Assembly (NCBI GenBank): GCA_965649825.1
Contig: OZ287718.1
Span: 1 to 64,000 of the forward strand
Direction of reading: 5' to 3'
From: Penicillus capitatus
Lineage: Eukaryota > Plantae > Chlorophyta
DNA: 64,000 bases
The notes under the pieces are model-generated. The model searched no databases, was not told the origin of the DNA, and saw only the letters and a program-made list of their open reading frames with translations. Position 1 is the first letter of the stretch, and each line of letters starts with the position of its first letter. A program made the translations under genes and the position numbers. This document shows positions 1 to 10,054 of the stretch, piece after piece.

Positions 1-2478
1 GCAGCACGTCGCGAGAAACAGTCCTGCATTTCCCGAAAGAAAAAAACGCGGTGCAGCTGCTGCCACGGCAAGGATGATCAACGCCGACAGCCCGTAGTTG
101 CGCGCTTTACAGAAAACGTGCCGAGGGATAAAGAGGTGCCAACCAATGCTTTCGGCAGCCTGCCTCTCGGAGCTCCGCGAGCATCTCATCTGTGATGCCC
201 GCCAGAACCCGACCGAAAGCAAGCGCGGGGAGTTTTGGTTCGAACTAGTTAGAGCTATAGTATCGCAACTATCTTTTGGGCGAGCGCGCTTCGCATCGGT
301 CACGGGCGGACTTTGAGACGAATGTGGTTCCCGAAAAGACAATTCGCAACCAGGATTCTTCTATCGCCTCTGTTCGTTCATTGGTGCCGCGGCGCCTCTT
401 CGGTTCTCCTCGGACGTCGGCTGTCATATTAGAACGTCTCCGTCATTCTCCCTCGCCACCGATGTGACTCTCACAGTCCCTCACCGCGATGGAGCTTACA
501 CCGCCTGTTCTGAACAAACGCTGATGTTACACGGATGTCGCGTCCATCATTTCATCCTTCCGAATCCAGTGCTTCGATGCAGCAGAACGAAGCTGACGAC
601 GTGTCCCACGCAAGCCGGAATCGTGTCAACTCTTCTATCTGGATGCTGAGGAAACGCGGCTCCCAGCTTCTGGTGCATTCGACTGTTCGACAACAAACGG
701 TTCGGGAAAAGCCCTCGCCTCTTGCGCGCTATCAAACGCGGCCTCGAAAGCCATCGTAGTTTGTTACGGCTGTGGAGCGTCGTAAACCCACGAGACGCGA
801 ACAGACAGTTAGTCACGCGACGCGAGTGCGAGGTTTCTTTTTGTCGGTAGCTCTCCCGACGCGCGCATCGCTCCACGACGTAGGATGGCTAGAAGCATGG
901 CGTCGCTTCTTTCTCCGACACGACGCATCGGCAAAGAAGCTTCCAACGCCTTTACGAATGAACAAGAGCACGAATTCTAAGTGTACGACACAATCCCGAT
1001 AACAAAAGACTCACTGGATCGGGGTGGCCGTGTGCGACGCCGTTTGAAACTCTATGGGAGTTTCCTGATCGAATTGCGAGAAGTCCGTGCCAACGTTTAG
1101 CACACCGAAGTGCCCTGTGAACTGCCAACTGGAGTCCTCGACGAGACTACGAAGTGTGAAGTGGAGTTCCCACCGAAATTCCTAGCGGCACTTGCGCGTA
1201 CGAGCGTTTAAACGGTCCCAATTCGTGCATAAACACATTGGCTCTCCTTTTCTGCTGCGATGCACGTCTCTTTCGTGTCCATACGGCAGCGAAGGCAGGG
1301 AGGAACCCGTGGCTCCGGCCCGTCACCGCGACACATACCAGGTCGGATGAACACTGATACTGTATCTTGATAGAAGACTTGAGTTCTCCAGAGACATCCG
1401 AAACGGAACGCGATAGAAGAGAGTTCTTGTTGCTTTCGCGGACGAACGAACGATCTTCGTCTCTTTGGTGGATCTCCCGGCCCTGTAAAGCTGGTTCTCG
1501 TTCGTGCGTTTCTTGCACCTGCCACAATCTCGGGTCTCGACGGTTCTGCGAAACGCGATCGACATGTTTACTGACTTCTGTGGCGATAGAACATTTCAAT
1601 CGTGGACATACATCCATTTGCCTGTCGAAATCTGTTACATATGTATATCACCAATCGTCCCAAACTTTGGGAGCCGCCATGCTTTTAGAAGGAGAAAGGA
1701 ATGCAAGCTGAGTTCCTATGTCCTGGAGCGATGCCGTTTACAAGAGCACGCTAGTTTTCTGCACAGCTTGTACGCTATTCACGGTAACCAATCGCTCTCC
1801 TTTGAGTCGTTTCTGTACCGCACCCTATGCTCGGGATCTTCAGGTGCTGTTGTTGGACACGTTTTATAAGCATGTTCGCACCTGACTCCGACCGCGCTCG
1901 TGCTGTTCGCTATTGTCGACGCCGTCGCACTTGAAGAGTACAGTCGGAAGGCTTTGTGGTCTCCGGGTGGTCATCTCAGTTCCGGAACAGACAATCCAAA
2001 CCGACAGGGACGGTGAGTGCAACACAAATGCTGCGGTTTCTGACCGGGACTCTTATTTAATGAAGACTCGATGAAGGTGTACAGGTACGTGATAGTTGAA
2101 CGGATGTGCATGACGACCATTTGCTCGACAAGAGGTTTCGCGTGAATGTTCAGTCGACATTTTGCGCGGACTTGCGCGAGTCCTCGCGTTCGCGACAAAG
2201 GGATGCAGCCTCGCGGCGACAGTTTGTAGTTTCGCAGCAAACTGGGCAGACGACATGCCCTGCATAGTGCCAGGCGTCCTCGCGCCCCTTCCATTGCAAA
2301 CACAAGAACAGCGGCACAAAGCCGTCCACCCTCCATGCATGCACGCGACCTAGACGCATTCTCCGTACGACGCCACCGTACCGCCTAACTTGTTGACGAC
2401 CTTCAAAACAAGCAAATGCTTTAGAAGCTATATTTGTTACAATATCACCTCCCTTGCCGTACGTCGGCGTCCGCACGC

Positions 2479-2626
2479 TGTCGTGTTTGTCAAGACGGGT
2501 TGACGACGAAGGCGTAAAGCTTACAAAGACTGTTCTGACAATTATTGTTCGGTCTTTATACGCGTCGATGTGACATTTGACGCGTCCCGTGGCAGCTGCA
2601 CGAAGGTGGACAGCTGTCCACTGACA
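2479..2626 (-). repeat. 3' LTR of the TRIM (148 bp)
   Basis: TG...CA ends. On the minus strand it carries TATAAA followed by TGTAA. A 16-bp perfect palindrome GTGGACAGCTGTCCAC lies at 2606-2621. Confidence 0.93.
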
Positions 2627-2940
2627 TGTGCCCACCCCCTTTCCGTTGTGCAGACTCCGAATAATGTGAACGGAACACATTTCACGACAGTCGGGATGTC
2701 ATCAGGCTGGCCAGGAGTCGAGCCAGGGCCATCGTCACGTGGCTTCTCCCTCTACGGCCCATTCGCCGCAGCTTTGTAGCTCTTACGTCTCTGAGACTTC
2801 AACGCCGACTCTGGAAATTCGAACCGTACTTCACAGCGACAACACGTCCGTGGTGACCCAGATAGAAAACGTAAACAGAGACAAAGTAACAACGAACGTA
2901 AACACAACAATGCGCAACAGTACGCTTATCGCAGCGTGAA

Positions 2941-2996
2941 ACTGAAACACAGCAACTCGGACGATGGAACTGAAACACAGCAGCTCGGACGATGGA
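2941..2996. repeat. 28-bp tandem duplication inside the TRIM interior
   Basis: ACTGAAACACAGCA(A/G)CTCGGACGATGGA, two copies with one mismatch. Confidence 0.9.
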
Positions 2997-3112
2997 ACGA
3001 ACTACAGACTGCAGGTGGTAGGTAAAACGCTGTCACCACGGACGTGTCTTGGAAAGTCTTCAGTCTTCGATGACGGGATTCTATCGCCGGAATCTTTGTC
3101 GCTCCGAAACCA

Positions 3113-3260
3113 TGTCGTGTTTGTCAGGACGGGTTGACGACGAAGGCGTAAAGCTTACAAAGACTGTTCTGACAATTATTGTTCGGTCTTTATACGCGTC
3201 GATGTGACATTTGACGCGTCCCGTGGCAGCTGCACGAAGGTGGACAGCTGTCCACTGACA
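3113..3260 (-). repeat. 5' LTR of the TRIM (148 bp)
   Basis: 147/148 identical to 2479-2626; followed on the minus strand by the PBS. Confidence 0.93.
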
Positions 3261-4299
3261 ACGCACACGACAAGAACGATGCACCCGTCCGGTTCAAAGC
3301 TCGGATGCTCTGGCATCCCCCTGACCCTGTGCACACGGCGGTTGCCCTGGGCCGCACACACGGTCCGCTGCCGGCGCGACCTTCGACGGTTAACCGAGTT
3401 GCTCGACGCGACGAGCAAGGACGAGCTCATGGGGGCGAACGCCGCCCTCAAGGTACGCCCTTCGCAGACTGCAGCCACCTTGGACACAGTGGAGCCAGCG
3501 CAGGAGATCCGCGCTCCCTGTCGGCCCACGAACGCCGCGACGCTGAGCAACTCCGATTCGTCCTCTTTCACGAGCGCGCCAGAAACCCGCTACCGCTGGA
3601 CCCCGAAGGTCCGCACTGCGGCCCGCAGAATGACGCGTTGTCCTGTCTCTCCCGGATCCTCCGCTGTTAACAAACAGTGACTCCCTCTGACCTCTTGACA
3701 GCGCTCTCCCAAGATCTCGTCAACGCGCGGAGTATTCTGGAGTCCCTCAGAAGCACAATCCCAGCCGAAGAAACTGTCGCCGTCTGGCTGATGATTGTCG
3801 TTCGACTGTTGTGTAGGAACTTCGTTGGCTTCCTGTGAGAGATCAGGTCCTTCTTCTCCCTCAGATTGCTGCTCTTGTGGGCCGGGTGTTGGAATATCCT
3901 CTGGGAGAACGGGCGCTAAGTCGGCGTGTCCGTCTTCCGAACTTCGATGGGTGTTGTAAAGAGCGGCGTTATGAAACACCTGTTCTGCGCCCCGTCGATG
4001 AAGCTCCTCTCGTTCGCCTTGTCGAAATCGACTGAGGCTCTCTCCTGAAACGTAGGGTAAAGAGGGGGATAAGGAACAAGGGCGTGCCGAATGTCCCGCT
4101 CGCGATCGTTATCAGCCAGAATGGCAGAAACTCTGACAAAGACAAAAACTCTTACAAGCGTTCTAAGACGTTTTTTACGGCAAGTCTGTCCTCTTATCCC
4201 TGCCCCTTGACTTGACTGCCTAGATAGATGACTCATCTGCGTCTCAGCGCCATGGAACCGCGTCCTCTGGCGCAAACAAGGCCCCTCTGACATGACCGG

Positions 4300-5414
4300 T
4301 TGTGCCCCTTGACGCAACCGACCCCATCCGAACAAGACAGTCCGATTATTATGGCCATCTTGGCGACAGAAACAGTGACCCGACGCCTCCAACAACACTC
4401 CGGCCACCGCCTTGACGAGCTGCAGACCTGTGTCAGGTTCCACCCCACCCTGGTCTCGTTCGCCCCGATTGCCCCGCCGCCGACCTTAGCATCAGGGGCC
4501 AACCCGCCGGCGACCTCCACGACCCGGTCATATCGAGATGCTGCCTGCCAGGCGGTGCTCCAGGAGACCCCCAAAACAACGACCCCGGACAGAAGCGGCG
4601 AATCGCCCAGGAACGGGAGATTCGCGAGCAAGAACAAGCGATCAAGCCCCAAATCCGCTGCGATGAGCGCAGCTTCCGATTCTATTCAGGGACCCTGATG
4701 GGAGGACCCCCGTCGTTCCGCCAACTCGGCACCGGCTTGGAACGGAAACTGGAGATACCGAACACGAAGGAGTATGTTGAAAACGTCCGGGACGATCACT
4801 GCGGCAGATTCTACGTGCAGATCCGCGCCGAACAGCTCGAAAAGTTCGAGACGGCGCTTGACCGATGCCTGGACTGCGACTACGCCAAATGGAACCCCGA
4901 GCTGGATGACACCGGAAACCGCGAAGTCGACAACCGTACCTCTCTCCCAAGAAAAACAAGATCCCCGTCGCCATCGGCAACGCACACACAGCAATCGAAG
5001 CCGAAGCGGCGATCACCGCCATCGCCGACCGGAACGCTTCCCGTCGGAACCTCTCCGTCGCCGAGCTCCAAGGTGCACACGCCGCGCCCCGCACCGACCG
5101 AACCGCAAGAAACGCGACCCAACCGGGCATCCTCTGCCGGGACGGATCCCGAGCCGCAATGTGGAAGTCCACATATCGAAGACATTACAAGAGAGACTCT
5201 TCGACGAACAGAAGACCCCGTGTGTCACGCTGGATTGCATGGTTCTACCGATCCGTCCCTTCCTCCGACTGCGCACCAGGGCGCCCACCTGATCTTCTCG
5301 ATCCTACACTTTTCATTCTTCTCCCCAGTCATCTTTGTCTGTGCTTCTCTGATTGTTGGTCTTGTACCGAGCACGGACGCGCCTCTGACGTTTTACCTAA
5401 GAGGGAGGCTGTAA
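4300..5414 (+). other. Two abutting ORFs (132 aa and 238 aa), possibly a degenerate non-LTR/gag-like ORF1 or an unresolved hypothetical gene
   Basis: The ORFs are joined by a TGATG stop-start overlap at 4696-4700. They contain an SYRDAA motif and Pro/Ser/Thr-rich linkers reminiscent of LINE ORF1 proteins. No zinc knuckle or RT was seen. Confidence 0.25.
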
Positions 5415-6210
5415 GCACGACCGACTTTATTACTATGCCTGCGACTTTTTTTCCAACCACGTGGCATTCGAGATCAAGGTGCTCAACGATCACTGAGATT
5501 GTGCTTTCAGAGCACTGCACGGCCTTGGCGGGTACGGAACGGTCAGGTGGTCTCCGGGATACATCGGATATCCCAGCGAAGGCCATGAATTGAGTGCCAT
5601 GAAAAGCGCAGTCGCGCAACAATAGTCACAGAAGCAGTCTTCGCCATCCGCAAGACTGGTCGTGTCTCGTACATCTCTCCCCTTGTCGCACCTGTCTTTG
5701 CGTCGAGACTCACTGATGCTGTCTGCCCGCAACACTGCAGGATGTCGTGCAAGCTTTCGAGACATTCCACCTCGTCGTACATCCTCCGATCGTCGCATCG
5801 CTCCTCGCATGACGGACAAGACGTTCGCACATAGCGTGGAACAGCAGGTTCGAAGAAATAGGAGGATTCGGATTTTGTCATCCGGAATCTCCGCGATGAG
5901 ACGAACACGTCGGGCGCAGCCAATCTTCGCCGACGCGTCGTCGCGCACGACGCTCTGCGTGCGTGTCGCAAAGCTCACGAGCCCGAGTTCTTCCACTACT
6001 ATCACGCACTCTCGGTGCTGCGAGAGTCGTCGTCGATGACGGCTCTTCGGGAATGCCGCGCGCTGTCGCCTTCAGTACGACGTGCGAGATGCGGCTAATG
6101 CGTCTTTTGGCTAGCAACACGGCGATAAACGTTTGTTCACAACTTTTCGAATCCGCGTTGTGCGTACAACCAGCGAACACCGCGCCCCTGTCGAGTGTTT
6201 GATAGCGTCT

Positions 6211-6737
6211 CTAGCAATCGACGAGGAATCCCAGTTCATCAAAGAAGTCCGCCTCGCAAGAGGTGCACAGATTTGAGACGCAACGTGCGTCAGGACGAGC
6301 AGGACAGTCTTCGACGTCACAAGGATCCGCGAAGCATGCCACGAAGAGGCAATCTACATCATTATCGAATGGACATGCGAAGGAGGCAAGGACGAAAGAC
6401 GCACCGCGTCGACAGGCCCGTTGGCACGCCAGACGCGTCGTGAAGTTGTTTTCGTTTCCGAGGCAACCGCCATATGCGAATTGCTCGCACTCGCCGGAGA
6501 GAGGGTTGAAAAACCAACGGGCGGTCAGTGCCTCACACGGACCGGAATCCGCCGGCAGAAAGCAGATGTGGTCTGGACGTCCACGACGAACAGTAAGACA
6601 GACAGAGGGCAGGGGCGCAGTGTTGTACCCGGTAGAGAGAGCTCGTCCGCGGTGACTCTCACGACGACGGCATTGAGGCCGAGAACCGCAAGAACGAACG
6701 TGAGAGTAAGGCTGAGAGGAGGAGTGCTTTGCGACAT
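6211..6737 (-). CDS. Secreted protein with one BPTI/Kunitz domain and one CFxDPC cysteine-rich module (about 139 aa)
   Basis: Exons 6737-6629, 6572-6405 and 6353-6211, separated by phase-1 GT-AG introns of 56 and 51 nt. Signal peptide MSQSTPPLSLTLTFVLAVLGLNAVVV. Kunitz domain ICFLPADSGPCEALTARWFFNPLSGECEQFAYGGCLGNENNFTTRLACQRAC has all six Cys plus YGGC and GNxNNF. Then DCLFVACFADPCDVEDCPARPDARCVSNLCTSCEADFFDELGFLVDC*. The ORF track misses this gene. Confidence 0.9.
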
Positions 6738-7678
6738 TGTCTTCCGTTTGGGTCGGTAGACAGCGACACTGGAATGCTCGAGCGAGTTAAGGTTCCCGCG
6801 TCGCGCGTACCTGCTTTGCCCCACAGCTGGCGCGGCGCAGCTACTGTGCAGGTGTGTGCCTGATCACGTGTCCCGATGCTTTCACCAGGATTCTGCCTTG
6901 GAAGAAGCGACGGACTCTGCGAGCGACGATGCAGCTCGGCTTCAATTCGGAGAGTCCTCTGCCACAAGGCAGCTTTCTCGGGGTGGACGGGAAGCATGCT
7001 TCAAATGGAGAGTGAGATTATGGCTTTGCCGGCTCTGACTGCATTCTTGCGCATCGCGTCATCGATCTGACAAGCTCTTGTTGTTGTCGTCCTGGAGTCT
7101 GGCACTTTCAGTTTCGGGCTTCTCACCTATGCGATCCATTCTGGCAGTTTTCGTGCCGTGAGACCGGGAACATATACGCGATCGAGGAGCAGAAGCCACA
7201 GAGGCCAGCAACGGTGAGCGCGCAGCTTCCGTATTCAGAAGTGAAGGAAGCAAATAAGCCTCTTTGTCATTCAGACGACTGCGAACCAAAAGTGGAATCC
7301 TTGGAAACGTGACGATGACATTCGGGCACTGATATCTGAGCTGACGTTCCACATTTTCCCGGGGTGAGTATCTGCAAGACGAGGAGCGATCGCGGTGTTT
7401 CTTTCAAACCACTCGAATGAATCGGCAAACTTGTATACTCGCCGATTCAGAGGATCGGCCATTGGGTGTGGAATGCGGCTGCTCGACGGTGCATTCGTGA
7501 AGAGGACAATCTCATAGCTTTGTGTTCACACGAGATATCCACAGCGTATCAGATTAAGCAATCATACATCAGACAGATCACACTTATTTCACGAACGAAA
7601 CGGAGCGAGCCCGAGGCAGAGGAATCAATCTGACGTTTACGATCTCCGGGCGATGGTTTATTCGGGAAGACAAGCCCG

Positions 7679-9125
7679 TCATCCTCTTGGACAAATGCAT
7701 CGAGCTTTGCACGTGCCGAAGGTGGACGGAACGTAATGCTGCGACACAACGGGCGGACCGCATGCGCAGCAGGTCAGTCCTTTGCAGCAGGCAGGAAAGA
7801 AGTTCGAAACGTGAGAGGAATGAAGCATTGCGTTCGGATTCCTGCATGACGCTCCCTCTGGAAGACAGAGCTTGTTGCCTGGCTTGACTGCATCTGAGCA
7901 AAATCTTAAACTGCGTGCTAGATGTCTCTGCGACTTACCGCAATTGACAAGTTTGCCGTTTAAGTAGAAATCCGCATCACATCCGGTGCAGTAGTTTGCG
8001 ACGCACTTGGCTTCGGGAAATGCATCGCACGTTGTCACTGCGCATGGATCCTCAAAGCAACGCACAAATTTACAGTCTAGAGCACTCAAATCGCGGGCGA
8101 ATAAGGACGGCGATAGAACGGACTTTTGCGACAAGCCTGTTGGCATTCGCCGATAGATTCGAAGTTGTTTGCATTCCCCTGACAGCCACCGTACGTAAAC
8201 TGTTCACACCTTCCCGTCTCGGCGTTGAAGAACCAGCGCGGAAACGCTGCTTTACACGGTCCTGGATCTGCTCTTAGGTAGCACACTAGAAGCAAGGAGT
8301 CAGAGAACTCCCGCAAGAGAGAAGACAATTCGTATACCGTTCGTGACCTTTGGCTGGCAACGATCCTTGCATGCCGCCGCGGTCTCGAAGTTGTTTGCAT
8401 TGCCTCGGCAGCCGCCATAGATGAAGGTCTCGCACCTTTCTGTCTTCGGATTAAAGTACCAGCGCTGAAAAATCGCCAGGCAAGGTCCCGCATCTGGCTT
8501 CAGCTCGCACACTAATACCACAAATGACGAATAGTATTGGATTGGAGAAACGCATTTGTGTACCGTCCGTGACCTTTGGCTGGCAACGAGCTTTGCATGC
8601 TGCTTCGGTTTCAAAGTTATTTGCGTTGCCTTGGCAGCCACCAAATGTGAACTTCTCGCACCTCCCAGTTTTCGTATTGAAGAACCAGCGCGGAATGAGT
8701 GCCTCGCAAGGTCCCGCATCTGGCTTCAGCTCGCACACTAATACCACAAATGACGAATAGTATTGGATTGGAGAAACGCATTTGTGTACCGTTCGTGACC
8801 TTTGGCTGGCAACGAGCCTTGCATGCTGCCTCGGATTCGAACTTGTTTTCATTGCCTTTGCAACCGCCATAGATGAAGGTCTCGCATTTTCCTGTCTCCG
8901 GGTTAAAATACCAGCGCGGGATTGCCGCGCGACAAGGGCCGGTTTCAGGTGGTAAATAGCAGATATTCGCTAATGCACACAAATGTACTTAGGCATCCTC
9001 TCACGAGGCAACAAACACAGCGCTCGCGAAGCAACGAGACACTATCTGCACTTACCTGTTAGCTTCTTAGAGCGCACAGAGAGCAGAGAACACAAAACGA
9101 GCAAACAAAGCGTAGCTAGACGCAT
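7679..9125 (-). CDS. Secreted multi-domain protease-inhibitor-like protein: signal peptide, 4 BPTI/Kunitz domains, CFxDPC module, knottin-like Cys-rich C-terminus
   Basis: Exons 9125-9056, 8969-8790, 8737-8564, 8511-8338, 8285-8124, 8076-7939 and 7893-7679; all six introns are phase 1. Signal [19 protein letters not shown]. Four canonical Kunitz domains with P1 = R, E, L, K. Module [45 protein letters not shown]. Tail CLPEGASC...[10 protein letters not shown]...[12 protein letters not shown]. Confidence 0.93.
8480..8829. repeat. Internal duplication in the Kunitz gene: two near-identical blocks of about 125 bp at 226-bp spacing
   Basis: Blocks at about 8480-8603 and 8706-8829. The 52-nt introns 8512-8563 and 8738-8789 are identical. 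Confidence 0.9.
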
Positions 9126-9259
9126 TTTCTTTGATAGATAGTGGTCACAGAAACCTTGTCAAAACTTCAAATGAAATGCAGGCGTTAGCCAGCAGTTTTA
9201 CGCCCATTAACCGTTTTCGGATCGGCAAAATCAGCATCCATCCAATTGCCTAACATCCT

Positions 9260-9470
9260 TCAGGTGGATGACATTGGAAACCGCAGAATTGATCGGACTG
9301 CCGTTGTCCACTGTAGACAAACAAGGGATAACATTCAGCCGCTCCTCTGCACGAACACCGTCATCCAATGGAAGAGCTCGGTGACAGAGAAGCGATCACT
9401 GCACGTCGCTTACCTTCAACAAGACCACATGGACGCTGCACTGTGGAACATTGTGTTCCATAGATAGGTC
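9260..9470 (+). mobile_element. Possible degenerate Ty1/copia integrase remnant
   Basis: With frameshifts it reads HCRQ/GITFSRSSARTPSSNGRA...KRSLHVAYLQQDHMDAALW, loosely like the copia integrase core (GI.H..SA.YTPQQNGVAER...LW). Short and frameshifted. Confidence 0.25.
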
Positions 9471-10054
9471 GTTCACGGATCGAATTTTGGGCAAGGGAAG
9501 CTCCGCATGCAGGCTAGTGCATCACATGAGAACAGGGGATCCGTCCACTCACACGCTCCTTTCATTTCGGCCGTTGTGGGATCGGCTTGAGACCTGATCC
9601 GTCCGGTCAGAATCTAGTAAAGCCGCGTCCTTGACATTCCATGGCTCACATGAACAAACTGCAGGCCGCATTCAAGGCGATAGAAAAACGACGTCGCTGA
9701 GTCGGGTATGCAAAGCATCGATGTGCTCGACAGCCAGGCAATCGATTCTCGTAGCGTTGTACCTAACCGTTACACACCTGCGCGTCTTCACAGTCCTGTC
9801 ACATTCGATATGATTTCAAATGAGTGCATCAGCAAACACCGCCACTCCAAGCTATATTGGATTCTTGTCCATTTCGCGCCTCGGTGTCAAATTGGCCCGA
9901 CATTCAGTATTGAGACAAATCCTCCTTTTTCCAAAGGAGTCCTTCATACAAACGTCCGTTTTGCATTTTTACATTGTCTCTAACAGTTGACCGTTCTCGA
10001 CGCCTTCGCGTTTGATAAACGGCTACGTTGCATCAAGAAGCAGTTTTTCCGGAG

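Larger units (their letters stand above)
2479..3260 (-). mobile_element. Non-autonomous LTR retroelement (TRIM), 782 bp, recently inserted
   Basis: Two 148-bp direct repeats (2479-2626 and 3113-3260) differ at one position, start TGTC and end GACA. A 4-bp target-site duplication ACGC lies at 2475-2478 and 3261-3264. On the minus strand a PBS-like TGGTTTCGGAGCG abuts the LTR (3112-3100), and a polypurine tract GGAAAGGGGGTGGG (2644-2631) lies 4 nt before the other LTR. The 486-bp interior has no recognisable gag/pol. Confidence 0.93.

Noticed and set aside
98-2340. Several 60-160 aa ORFs, including a CxxC-containing one at 1208-1525
   Set aside because: No recognisable domain or coherent exon chain; ORF lengths are compatible with chance at this GC content.
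3590-4443. Possible spliced minus-strand gene (acceptor near 4045; acidic ORF 3590-3979)
   Set aside because: Two incompatible frames are possible and there is no domain evidence, so no model can be supported.
5490-6180. ORFs 5490-6005 and 5543-5971 as a third inhibitor paralog or a zinc-binding protein
   Set aside because: No Kunitz or CFxDPC pattern, and no consistent splice model.
8338-8969. CRISPR-like repeat-spacer array
   Set aside because: The repeats are duplicated Kunitz exon/intron units in a eukaryotic gene, and there are no cas genes.
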